In this document: piece after piece, positions 44,251 to 56,784 of the stretch
Layout: each line of letters starts with the position of its first letter
Position numbering within the stretch: the stretch's first letter is position 1
Assembly: GCF_009914755.1 (NCBI RefSeq)
Contig: NC_060927.1
Source: the human T2T-CHM13v2.0 reference genome, Homo sapiens
DNA: 64,000 bases
Reading direction: 5' to 3' (one strand)
Program-made: the position numbers and the translations under genes
Notes under the pieces: generated by a model
Seen by the model: the letters and a program-made list of their open reading frames with translations, nothing else
The model's database searches: none
Told to the model about the DNA's origin: nothing

Positions 44251-45679
44251 GCTGTTTATATAAAACTTCCTGAAATCCCCCCATTGTGAACCTGGGAGTC
44301 AACAAAAACAACAAAGTGAAGCAGGGTTTGTTTGTTTGTTTGTTCGTTGCTTTTGTTTTATTTTGAGAATAGAGAGGACTGTGGGGGAAGAAAGATATAC
44401 TTGTTCCTATTCCCACGCCATGCATTTTGGATGATGTGATACCTTTGTTGGTTCATGTCTGCAGCTCCTCAGATAGGTTCCTTTACTGTGTTCCTGTGCC
44501 TCCTCCTCCCTCAAGACCAGATCAACTTGTTCATTTCTGAAAGCAATCATTTGGTACAAAGTGTTACAAAACGATGTATGAGCAACTCAAGTATTTCTCA
44601 GCCATAGAATACTGGACAGATACAGTGGAAACTCACTTCCCCATCTGTGATTTTTTATTCCTTTCAAATGTCCTTTATTTCCCTTTGACTTTTCATCTGG
44701 AGTGTAAAACAGGCAAATGAAAGTAATCCTGATTAATGTCATTCATAATTTCTATTGCGCATCTACTAGGTGCATGGAATTTATTAAGGCAGGTCATATT
44801 TTAAAGGGTATAGTGTGGGAACTGTTGTCAAAGTATAACATATAAATCGATTTTGACCATTTATCATAAAATTATTATCTTTACACTAACCATATCATTA
44901 TTTATTGTATGCTCAAATGTGCTTTGTTTCTCTTCTGGTTCCATTTTTTTTCCGCTTGTGGAGAAATGCTTCTAGTTATATAATGGAGTTCCATGGAAAA
45001 GTCAGGTAAGGTTACGCATAAACTTATTGGACGTGGCTATTTACAATTTGTCATTGTAGGTGCCTGAACACACAAGGAAGGAGAAATGAAAATAAGGAAT
45101 CAGGAAAGATTAGTGACATGCCTTGGAATGAATCTGGAACAGCTTTGCCTGTGGTCTGAACTATATGTTTCACATTTTTAAAGCATTTATCTAAGGGTCC
45201 TTGCTATAACCAAAGGCGATTTTTCAGACCCCATGATTATATTCACTAGCAACAGAAGTGTGTTTTAGTAATAGTCGGATGTCTATTTATACATCATCAA
45301 CATTTTAGGTAGTTTTCCTGTATTTCTTAGTCCCCCAAAACTCCTGAAATTCAAATTCTGCCTCCTCTCTAACATTTAGCACATTGTTGGTGCTCAATAA
45401 ATGTTTAACAGTTGGGATACTTATGTTTAACAGCTGCAACATTGACTCCAAGGACAGCTGCATTTTAATGGTGTGTGAAGTGATTTATATGTAAGCTTCT
45501 AAAACTCATAACTAAAGCACTTAGCACTTTAGGCTCCTCTGGGACAAAAGGTGATAGATTAAGGTAAAATGGTATTATTATTTAATTCCGAAAGAGGTAA
45601 ATTACACTGGCAAAATGCTATTTGATGTTACTGGCAAACCGCTGTGGTCTGATGCTTTGTTGCCATCAGGAAACGTGGT

Positions 45680-45810
45680 CCAGTGGTGGTAGCTGTGGTG
45701 AAGGAGGCAGGAGTCCCGGGTGCTATTTCTGGTTAATTCACTGACTTCCTGGGTGACCTTGGGCAACTCACTTAACCTCCCCATGCCTCAGTCTCCCTCC
45801 CTAGGAGTAG
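45680..45810 (+). mobile_element. MIR fragment
   Basis: cactgacttcctgggtgaccttgggcaactcacttaacctccccatgcctcagt. Confidence 0.8.
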
Positions 45811-47794
45811 AACTGAGCAGTCCTTTCTAAGATTCTGCTTTAAAAGGACATTTTAAGAGTAAAACCTTGAAATGCTTCATTTGGCAATAACATTTTTTGC
45901 AGTAATGAGTGATTTGTTTTTCTCCCAGCTGCATTGTTGGCTGTTAGAAAAGCAGTGTATATTAATATGTCCTTAGCCTGAACACACGACGTGAGTTCCC
46001 AGAGTGGCCATGGGCACAGGAGTCTGTATTTCAGAACAGACCTATATCACTGCCAAAGGTACTTTGATTCTATACCATGCACACTTCTTATGACTTTGTC
46101 CTTACCATGTTTAAAGAGATTCTGAGACAAAGAAATAAACACTTCCCTGAATCCTTGGGTGGTGAAAGCTGTCTGGATTTTGAATCGACTCTTGCAGTTT
46201 GAGAAGAACCTGTTCATGCGTTTGGGAAAAATAGTGAAAAAATCCCAAACTTAAATCTTCTGCTCATTGCTCAGTTGAAGAAGAGAGTAGAGGACAACAG
46301 AGGGGTCCCTCTTCCTGTCTATGCCAGCCTTGTGAGCCTGCTGAATGGGGATGTCGTGCGGTTGGAACAGATGGCATTTCAGATCCTGTAGTGGCTATAT
46401 CTTGAATTCTGACCATGGTACTTTACTCTAAATTCCTTGAATGGCTACTTAGGCTGCTGTATTTCTGACAATGCGTAGGCAGATACATAACGATTTATCC
46501 ACACCACTGGGTACATACAGGTTCTTCAGAAAATTGATAGGCATGAGGCGTGAGGGGTAAAGAGGAAAAAAAGAGCATAAGGGAAGATCATTATATAAAA
46601 CAGATTATATTTTGTTTCCTTGATTAATAGACTAAATGTTCCAATGAATTTTTTTCTTGAAGAGTTCTTATCACTTATCAGACTGGATTGGGCTTTTTGG
46701 TGGATATGGAGAGTGTCACTGACTTATCCTCATTTTAATCATTTTTAAAAAGACAATAATTAGCACATCATTGTATAGTTCAATGGCTCTTGTACAGGGA
46801 AATTGGAGTGACCTTGAAAGGAAAAAAAGATTATATAGGCAGCATAAATTCACTCAGCTACTTTTTTGAGTTTATAGCTACTGGATTGCCATCATATTTT
46901 TTTCTTTACTGATGGTGGTTATAAACTGTACTATGATTTATTGTTATTTTGTAATTTTTTTTAAAAAAACCTCACTTCAGTTTTGTGCTTTGCATATTTT
47001 TACAATGGGTGCTAACATTTGTAAGATTCTCACATATGTGGATTGAAAGGCAATCAGATAATTGGTTAGTCATTTATTTTCAGCTTTAATCAAGAAATTA
47101 ATGATTCTTAGTTTGCAATAAAGGAGAAACATTAACCATAAAAACTAATTTTAGTATTAAAATTCCTTCAGAATAAATGTTTGATATTGTGAGTCTAAAA
47201 CTCTGATTACAGCACGAAAGTGTATAAAACTCTATTTCCCACCATTATAATCATTGTTTTCATAAAGGGCTTTTTGTTAATTTGAGGTTTCTTAGGAATG
47301 TAGCTCACAGATTTTTGCAGAAGAGGCAATATACACTAAATACCAACATATCCCCATGTGAAAAAACGTGTCCTTAGTATAGAGAGTAAAACACTTAAAG
47401 ATTTTATGACAAGTTAAATAAAAAGTTGGATAAAGAGAGAGTTGTTAACGATTGTTAAGAAATTTCTTTGTTGATTTGACTATGTTGATTATGTAGATAT
47501 TTTGAGGAAGACGTTAATAATCAGTTAATGATGGTGAAGATCAGTGTTAACCTAAGAAAGAGGTATTGAAGAGAAAAAAACCCCACAAAAAACCACAAAA
47601 AGCCCCAACAATAAAACAACACACACACATAAACATATATTGAATTTTGTAAAATTAAGGTATTAAGCCAGATTTATCAAATACAGTCCATGTCAAATCT
47701 TTGTGAATCATCAAAATCAGACAAGCTGAATTACCTGATTTACTTGATTTCTCAGAGTGAAAACAATAACAATTACTGACTGCTTGGTATAAAC

Positions 47795-47935
47795 AACAAC
47801 CCTATGGAGTATATTTTATTAACTCCCAAAAAGTTTAAGTAATGCGTTCAAGATCGCATAGCTAGTAAGTGGTAGAACTGGGAATACAGCACAACCTGAC
47901 TCTTCAGTCCACATTTTGAACCGCCATATTGTACT
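47795..47935 (-). mobile_element. MIR fragment
   Basis: ttaagtaatgcgttcaagatcgcatagctagtaagtggtagaactggga. Confidence 0.7.
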
Positions 47936-48199
47936 CTCTCTCCAACAGTTTTATGAATGCTAAAGAAATCGTAGCACTGGGGAAGCAAGGTACTAGCTCA
48001 ACTTAAAGATGCTACAATATTGTCTGTATTAGGAAAATTATCTTCAGGAGATGTTGACTCACCTATCTTCCCTTACCCATGATCTACACAGATTAAAATG
48101 CACCCACAGTCATATACGTTATCAACATGTAAGGTAGTTTTACAGTGTAATAGTACTATCTCAGAATTGCAAGGACCACAAATAATTTTTAAAAGTTCA

Positions 48200-48716
48200 T
48201 GTCAGGAACTCTGAGAGTTTGAGATCTTACCCTGCTTATAAGCTGAAGAGTGAGCTTGCTATAGATTCATGAATACCATAAGAATAAATGAGACTCCTGA
48301 GTCAGATACTTGGTTATTTATGGCACAACAGGCAGCATAAGATTTATGTTTGCATTGGTTCCCCTCTCCCCATAGATCTCATGGGGAATCACCAGGAGAC
48401 AGTCCCAGGTGGATGCTGTGTTTGCAATGTGTTTGTGTCACAGCTGAGAAATCCTAATCTGTAAAAGGGTTACAAGCAAACCTGACCAACCTTTGCCCAG
48501 AGGGAGCTCTCGCTGTGTTTTCTTATTTGTATTATGTTGGTCGGCAAACAAATCTGCCCTTTGCCCAGGAGGGTGACACTCTTTCTATCATTTATTGAAA
48601 AAATGTCTTGAAAATACATTTTTTGAAAAGACAGTCTGGAATAAGAGCTGTCATCAACTCTGCTCACAAAACATGAATACACACATAAGAGAGACATAAA
48701 AAGCTGTTTCCCAACA
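48200..48716 (-). mobile_element. LTR40-like ERVL solo LTR
   Basis: Reverse complement starts TGTTGGGAAACAG and contains gtcaccctcctgggcaaagggcagatttg. Confidence 0.72.
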
Positions 48717-50462
48717 ACGTATTATTTCCTATAATCCATGCTCTCTCATTTGACCCTTATACAAATTCTGTGAGATTAATAGGGTAGGTCTTATAGATTT
48801 TCCATTTTGCAGATTTCGCTACCTATAAAATGGTTCTGTTGGCTAAATAAGACTAATATAGCTTCCATAGCCTGAAAATAGTTTAGCTGATGAAATATAT
48901 AGGTATATAAGAAAAATCCCAAATATACAAATTGAGGTTTAAAGGGATTTAATTCTTATAGCATAAAGGATTAATACAAAAAGAATTTTTCTCCAGTAGT
49001 ATTTTATATTCTCTATTTTTAGTAGCGACTTGATCAGCAATAAAGAAGTTAAGTATAAGCTTATGTACTAGCAATCACTAGCAATTGATGGAGGAATAGA
49101 AATAAGAACAATACACCTCCTAAATTATATTATAATTCAATAGAAAAAGATGATCTGAATTGATGCACTATTTAGGAATATACCTATTACGTTAAGTAGT
49201 GTATATCTGTATCAGAATACCATTAAGTGCATAATGTATTATATTCTCAGTTTCTAAGGTGCGTAACATCTAGGTGTGCTCTGTTTGGGGCCGAGGCATC
49301 CTTTAATAATTGGCAGAAGTTACATCCCAATGAGGATGGTTTACTCCAGGAATTTCAAAGCAATTTGCTTACTATCAGTCAGCTCTTTTATTTTGACAAG
49401 GCAGGTTAGATTTTAGCTTACTTTGAAAAATACAATTAAGTCACAGAAAGTTGGTTGTCTAGTGTTAACAAGCAAAGAAGGGGTATTACTATTGTGTGGT
49501 TATGTGGAATTGTGAGGATTGAGGGAAGGATGGCTCACGTTTCTATTGCAGGTCTTACATGATCATTTACTTAGAAGTACTCTTTGGGTTTATGGCTATT
49601 TCAACACCAAATGAGATTATCATTTTCCCTTTTAGGGAGCTCTTCCATTATAATTAATGACTCACACAAGTCATGAAAAATGGCCATGATTGTACCACAT
49701 CTAAGACATGTTTGCAGTAAATTCTGGAAGATTTAGCCTCATCCATCAATTGAATAGGTTGTCCTAAATACACATGATCATTCAAGCCACAGCACCTTTG
49801 TGGCAGTTAATAAGCTATCCTTGTTCAGTGGGTGTTTAAATCTTGTCCTTCAGCCAAGTGAAATAAAAGGAATGTTCTCATTAAAAGTCAAAATCTAAAA
49901 AGCAAAATTCAATCTGTCAAATTGTCAAGTGTATTAAAGGTGAAAAATAAAGCTGCTAAGACGCTTGGGTCTTTTTTTAGACTCTTGTTTCCCTGGCGAG
50001 AAGAGAGAGTCTTTCTGAGACAGGAGTCCTTTTTATACACATTTCATAATAGTTTGTGCCCCTAAACGTAAGCTCTGAGCCAATAACATTCAGGTCCTGT
50101 TAACACATTTATACAGGTTTCTAATCAATAAGTGGTTATTAATTTGAAGTACATTTTAGTGACTAGATCTTCAAACCTATCTGCCTCCCACAAGCTTCCA
50201 ACTCGGATATATATGTCATAGAACAAACGGGAATTCAGTATGAAAGATTAAAATGGACTTAATTCAATGTCTAAGATATTACCTTTATTATGAATTATCC
50301 CTTTTAAGATGTTTATTCATACCAACATCTGTAATAATAGTCGTGAGCAGAAATGATGCAAGCAATATATTTTTCTCATGGACAGCCATATTTCAGGTCA
50401 GTCCTAAAATAAACTTACTATCAAAATTTTTAGCTAAATATTATCTTTACTGGGGGATGAGG

Positions 50463-50662
50463 TAGGGTTATCATATAAAATACAAATGGCCACAAATTTG
50501 AATTTCAGATACATAATAAATGTTTTTTAGTGTAGATATGCTCTAAATATGGTATGGGACATACTTATACTAAAATATCTATTAGTTGTTTATCTGAAAT
50601 TCAAATTTAACTGGAGGAATACTTATTTTATCATGATTATTTCTGTCTTAATCGGCAACCTA
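50463..50662. mobile_element. MER53 palindromic MITE
   Basis: TAGGGTT...GGCAACCTA termini; inverted arms aaatttgaatttcagata / tatctgaaattcaaattt. Confidence 0.88.
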
Positions 50663-50942
50663 GGCGTGAGGGGAAACCGTCGTTTGAAGAAGGTGTCTGC
50701 TGAAGTCTCAAATAGAAAAGCAGAGGGACACACTTGTTAAGGCAGCTCTGGTAAGGTTTCCTCTATCTTTCCCCAGTTTACCAAACGAAGTGGAAGTCAT
50801 TGACTAGGGCCAAAAAAAAAAAAAAAAATCTCCTCACCACTGTCCCAGCTCATTTATGAAGACATTTTCTTTTCGCCTGGAACTGAAAAAATAAATCAAA
50901 GCCCCTTGGAGCCTGATTTATTAGTTTTCACCGAGTGTCATG

Positions 50943-50961
50943 CAGCCACTAGATGGCAGTA
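50943..50961 (+). promoter_or_regulatory. CTCF-binding motif
   Basis: CAGCCACTAGATGGCAGTA closely matches the CTCF core CCAC(C/T)AG(A/G)(G/T)GGCA(G/C), in unique non-repeat sequence. Confidence 0.72.
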
Positions 50962-51037
50962 GCAGCCCATCATACCCCGCCCCCTCCCTGGCGTCCTGGA
51001 GCCAATTTTCTGTACCTTGTCCTCTTTCTCTTCGCAG

Positions 51038-51558
51038 GTTTCAGCTTGTCACTTTTCTTCTCCCTCTTTGTTTTCTATTTTTACTTTTATTCGAATGCCA
51101 GAAAAACCAGCTGGTTGAAGAAGTCGTGCGGTGCTCCACACGTTTGTCACAGAGGGTGCTGTGACTGAAAAGCCTAACTGATTTTCTAGGCTGCCGGAGC
51201 TGGATATCAGGCACCAGGGCACAAGGACACTTGCACTGGAAGCTGTGGCTGGGTAGATAAGGACAAAGAGTGTGATCATGCTTTGCTAAGTCCAGGACAC
51301 AAGTCTGATTCTCCTGCATGTGAGAATCTCTCTCAGCTGCAGCTAGGTGCTAATCCGTGAACAAGCAGCTCATGGGGGACTTCCCAAAGGTTGTGGAGTT
51401 GGAATTTTGGTGTTCCTTTTCAAGACATGAATTTTGTTTTCAGGAAAAAAAAAAAACAAGAAAACGAAAAACCACATTGAGTTACAAAGCTATTCACATG
51501 GAGGTATCAGGAATTGATCTTCAGTTTCTAAAGTCCTCCTTAGAGATTTTTAAAGTTG
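51038..51558 (+). other. Putative 5' UTR exon of a + strand gene whose coding exons lie beyond the window (tentatively FILIP1-like, unverified)
   Basis: Strong acceptor ctctttctcttcgcag|G at 51037/51038 and strong donor TTG|GTAAGT at 51558/51559. The exon could instead start at an internal TSS. Gene identity is only a recollection, so no symbol is assigned. Confidence 0.55.
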
Positions 51559-52569
51559 GTAAGTGAGAGAAGAACTTTACATTTTGTAAAAATCTATTTT
51601 ATTAAAAAGAGGATCTCTTAAATTCTTACTCCGAAAAAGTAGAGGAATGGAGAATACTGTGAAGCAAACGGGTTAAATGAATTCAAATCTTGCTCTCACC
51701 AAGGGCATGGCATCCATACGGCGAAGGCAGTCCTACCCTTCCCTCGCTGTTCCCTTTCCCTTCTGCCCGCCCCAGCCACTGCAGTTGTGCAGAAGACCTT
51801 GCTATCGATATTGACTGGTACCCTTGTTCCAGAATTCACACTTTAGCTTTTTTTCCAGGAATATAACCTCTTGTATTTAAACATTTCAAAGCAGATTATA
51901 AGCTAGGTTTGGATTCTGTTTGCACCTCTTCATTGTTCTTCATTGTCAACCTAAAACTGCATTATTATATATTTTTTAGTTGGGTATTTCCCTCATCTTT
52001 CTTCTCTCATTTAGCAGAAAAAAATCAAGTTTAATACTTCTCTAATATGTTAGATATAGATTTCCTGATTTATTTTTTGAGCTTGGGAACAGTAACTTCT
52101 GCCAAGGGATTCTTCTCGAAGCAGAATGGGCTTTTTATCTCTGCCACCACTGACAACCAGTTAGTTGCTTAGCAATGATTGGGATTGAATAAGAGGGGGC
52201 ACTGTGGTGCATACTCTTGGAACTCACTGTGGTGGTCTCAGCCTCCTATTCACTGTAGATTTGTCTTCAACTCTTTCTGGAAAAGGGTTGGGTGGGGGAT
52301 GGTTCAAGGAAGTCTTATTATGATAAGAATCGTCAATCCACTGGGTGGCTCCTGGATCTAGGAACATGTCAGCTCCCTGGTTCTTCTTGCCTTGGAACAT
52401 TTTTAAAAAGGAATTTCATATGTTAAATTCTACTTTGTAATTTTCTGTAAATTATTTACTTTATCCTGCACTGGTAATTCATAAGCAAATAGTTTTCCTT
52501 GAAGGAGACAAATAAACACAAATTACATTTCAATAATATTTTCCATTGATTAATGTATAATTTGGAATG

Positions 52570-52740
52570 ATTCATTCATGCATTTGTAATTCATTTGTTC
52601 ATTCATTTATACATATTTTATTTATTTCACAAATATTTGTCTTCTATATTCTAGGCACTGTGCTAAAGGCTGGGGAAACAAAACAAAAGCAAAACAGAAA
52701 AATGGATATTGCCCCAAGCTTCATATGATTTATAGTACAT
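52570..52740 (-). mobile_element. L2 3' end
   Basis: (ATTC)n tail, then ctaggcactgtgctaaaggctgggga. Confidence 0.75.
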
Positions 52741-53591
52741 TTGATGATTTGTCTTAATGAAAGCTATATATGAACTTAGGGATTTTAAAATTAGGGGCAG
52801 TGTAATGTTGTTTTCCTGTCCCTCTGGAATGGGGAAACTAACATTTAATGAAGGTCTCCTATTAATTCATACACGATCTCATTTCTCACTTTTCACTCAC
52901 GTATGTCATGAATGCATAGATAGACACATGTTTTCCACTTGCAAACAACTATTTATAAACTTTACTTGGTAGAAGAAAATGTCAACCTATCTCCTAATCA
53001 TACACTTTCTCCATACACTTATTCAACATCAGTTACTGGAAGATTATTCAGTGCCAGATGTGTTGTAGATATGGTGGGCAGAATGGCAGATGGACAATGT
53101 CCCCACTCTCTTGGAGATTATATTTGTGAGTTTATAACAATTACAGATTAGAACTATGGATTTTACTACTTTAGCATTAATCGCTAGGGAAAAAGACATA
53201 TCCTTTCTTCTGTGAACAAAGAATTCTTATATCTATATTCTATAAGTTAATGAGAGCTACTCCACAGAGCCAAGAGAATCAGTGTGGAGAGTAATTGGAG
53301 ACAGCAAGCTCTGCCTACATACGAGTTTCCAAGGGAAGTACAGACTCAGGGTCTTACATCCAAGACAAAATCTTCCCCACTCCTGTACCTCATTTTATAC
53401 TAAGCATAATATCAAAACAGAAAACAGAATTTACATAAATAAATAGATATTTGTCTACTCCCTTCTCCAAGTGTTGAAAAATATTTGGTATAATGTTTTG
53501 AGTGAAGAATAATAATCATTTTGACATTCTATGTATTTAGTGGACTATCAGATAATCTATATTCTCATTTGCTTCTATTGAGACTCTTTTT

Positions 53592-53690
53592 TATCTATTA
53601 TCAATCTGTCTATGTGTCTGTTATCTCTCTGTCTATCTATCTATCTATCTAATCTATCTATCTATGTATCTATCTATCATCTATCTATCT
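53592..53690. repeat. Compound (TCTA)n / GATA-type tetranucleotide STR
   Basis: Directly visible interrupted TCTA arrays. Confidence 0.93.
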
Positions 53691-55484
53691 AAATTTGGAA
53701 GGTGATTACCTAAGACTATTAAAAATCTTCTGGGATCCAGAGACACAATCAAGCATCAAATACTGTACATTGCTTAGCTACACAGGGTGACAAGAAGTTC
53801 CCACAAGGAGGCTGGCATAAGCCTTCCTTTCAAAATTCAACTAAAATGCTGATGGGCAATTTTCTTTATAGGCAAAGCATGATGGGGCTGCAGTTTTTAT
53901 GCACTTCTGAAACCACAGGGGTTTCAATTGTCTCTCAGGCCAAATTCTTCAGAAAACTTTGCTCCTATTTCATCCCCAGACTTGAGTTTGCCAACTCAAT
54001 ACAGCTAAATATAAATGTAAATGTAGATGGAACTTTTACTTCTTAACATAAAATGCTTTTTATTTGATTTTCTCTTGATTGCTGCCAACATGAGTTGATA
54101 GATACATTGCATTTTTGGTTTCTGGAATTTGTTGCAAATGTTGGAGCAAGGGGTTGATTGATTGGAATAAACATGTAGCAATGGCAACAGCTGTTAAAAA
54201 AATAGCTGAACAGGGAATGAAATAATTTAAAATAAACAGTAGTTACATTTATGACATACATACTGCCTGGATATTTTTAATTTTCCTTGCCCTCACTGAA
54301 AATGAAACACTTGTGCAGATAGCAGGAAAATAACTACATTTCAAATTCAAATAGTCATCCCTCAAAAATATGAACCTTCTCTTAGGCCTTTTTCAAAAGT
54401 TTATTTCAGTGTCTTTCTTTTTTTCATTAGGCTTAATTTTCTAATAATTGTTTCTCTATTTATTTGGTTTTTTAAAATACAGCTAGTCTTTTGCAAATTT
54501 TTTAATTTATTTTCTGTGTGCCTCTCCTTAATATTAACTTTTAAAAAGTAGATAATATCAACAAAAAGTTACTTTGTTATTAATATCTACCCCTGTTTTC
54601 ATCATATAATCATGTAATGGTGGATATCTGAAATGGCATTTTGGTTTTTCAAAAATTCTGAAACTTTTAAAGGTGGATTTTTTAGTGATCTCCCTATAAT
54701 ATGGAAATACTTTTCCCAAGGACAATTGGGTTTAAACAGTCTGATATGTCACAGAAATTTGCTTTTTGAGGTTGGCAAAAGAAGAATTTCTTTAATATCT
54801 TTTTTTTTTTGTTTTGTTTTTTAATGAGTGTTTTCTGGTCACGAAAGAAGAGATTGTAAGAACCAAGGTGGATTTTGGAGACCACATTGTCCAAACTTCC
54901 ATTATTTTGATCCTGGTCTTGTGGACTGGAGAGGTTGAGGGACTTTCTCCACCTCTCAGAACTCGTGAGGAAAAAAGCCAGGTCTAAAATTCAAAGTCTA
55001 AGCTTCAGTGACCAGTGACTTTTTAATATTTTTTTAAAGTGGCTTCTCACTGTATGATAGCAACCCAAAAGATATGATTTCTGCTCCCTAAGATTTTACT
55101 CACACATTCATGGCCTTGAGCACTCAGAAAAAAATAAGAGCAGGTTTTAGAGTTTTAGATCTTAATTATCCCATTCACTTCTCCTCTTCCCAGGAGACAA
55201 GTTGGATTGTCATTTCTCTATTACTGACAAGGAAAGTGAGTTACAAACAAAAGAGTTAAGAAGTACAATACAACACTTAACTTCTGATTAAGGAAAAGCT
55301 TTGTCTGAAAAGGTCCTTTGTAAATCTGTTGTTTGCATCTCAGAATTTATTTCTCCATAGAAAAGTGAAGTTATATGTAACGGTTGAGTTCCTAGGGAAA
55401 AGCATTCAAAAATTTTTATTTTATATAGCTTATATCAGAATGTAGCTCTTAATGAAGACTAATGTGGAATACATACACATCATC

Positions 55485-55548
55485 TTTTTTTTTTTTTTTT
55501 TTTGAGACAGAGTCTCACTCTGTCGCCCAGGCTGGAGTGCAGTGGCGC
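55485..55548 (-). mobile_element. Severely truncated Alu 3' end (AluS/Y-like)
   Basis: T19 followed by gagacagagtctcactctgtcgcccaggctggagtgcagtggcgc. Confidence 0.9.
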
Positions 55549-55625
55549 CAACACTCCTAAGGGACACTGGGTTCTGAGTTCCATCATGAGGTGAAACTGG
55601 GTGCACAGAATATTGTTTATAGGTC

Positions 55626-56784
55626 TGTAGGGGAGGAAAACAGTTTTTTCCTTAATGACCATGAGCTCTTAGGTGTAACAGACCCCTGTAGCAAAAGACA
55701 GATTAATAAAAAAAAAATACAAAATAGTTTATTAATGTGGGCAGCACGTGTGACACAGAAGAAGCTTTGATGAAAAGTAACTCAAAATGGTGGCTTAGAA
55801 CTCAACATATGTAGCTTCTTAAATAGACAGCAATAGATTTGAAAAGAAATGACAGGACAAAAGAAAACAGTTTTGAGCTTCCAAGGGTACAAAATGGTTA
55901 AACAGCAAATATAGTGGAAGAAACCAGTGGAGTAAGATTTGTTTGCAGGTTCCTCTGGTACTGTCTCTGGGATAATAAGAGACAGTATTGTCTCTGGCAA
56001 AAAAGAATTTCTATCTGGTCTTTAGGCAGAAAGTGAGGAGAATGGGAGGTTAGGGGGAGATTTTCCTTTGCCATTTCCTAACTGCCTTCAGTTCAAAAAT
56101 AATTTTTATGTCCAAGAGGCATATTTTGGGGTTGTTGGAGCTCAGAACCTTATACCCTAAATGTGGAACTTTGACATACGAAACTGAGAAACCTTTCAAT
56201 TCTCTCCGACATTCTCCCGCTTCCTGTCTCTTGGTCCTCTCTTTTCCAAAGCACAGGATGAAGTTGTTCGGTGAAATTCCCTTATCTGCGGGAAGTGAAA
56301 TTCCCTTATCTGCGGGAAGTCTGGACTCATCAAAAAATGAAACCATTACCTCTGGTCCCTTCCCTGAGTTTTCATAAACTGAACTCATATCGCAGGAAGA
56401 AGAAAGACTGAAGTTTGTCAACACACCTGGACAGACTTTTGTTATAATTCATTGCCTGCCCTGCAGGCCCAACAGGGTTTGTCCCAGGCCATTGTATGTT
56501 CTTCAAGCCCACTGAATTCCCCTAAAAATTATTTACCATCCCCCTAAAATGACCCACATTTTTCCATCTCCCTTTCCTCTAAGACTTAGGGCATATGTTA
56601 TATAGACACTGGAATATAAGTCAATCACTTTGGGATTCTCCCCTGTGCATGTTGATAAATTTGTTTGCCATTTTTACTATGAATCTGCCTTTTGTCTGTT
56701 TATTTTTTTTTAGCAAACCTTCTGAGAGCAAAGGGGAAGTTTTCTCTTGGCCCCTAAGGGGGTGACATACTCTGGTTTCCTTCA
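55626..56784 (-). mobile_element. MER34-group ERV1 LTR, split near its 5' end by a nested LTR
   Basis: aactgccttcagttcaaaaataat...ggcatattttggggt, resuming as gacatactctggtttccttca after the insert. Confidence 0.75.
56133..56758 (+). mobile_element. ERV1 LTR (MER39/LTR29/LTR48-group), nested
   Basis: TGTTGGAGCTCAGAA...ttggcccctaag. TSD GGGGT (56128-56132 / 56759-56763). Confidence 0.8.

Larger units (their letters stand above)
50663..51800 (+). promoter_or_regulatory. Putative promoter / TSS region
   Basis: Repeat-free, with more CpG and GC than the flanks. GC box CCCCGCCCC at 50975-50983, CTCF motif, CAGCTG E-boxes, and consensus splice donors at 50751 and 51559. Confidence 0.6.
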
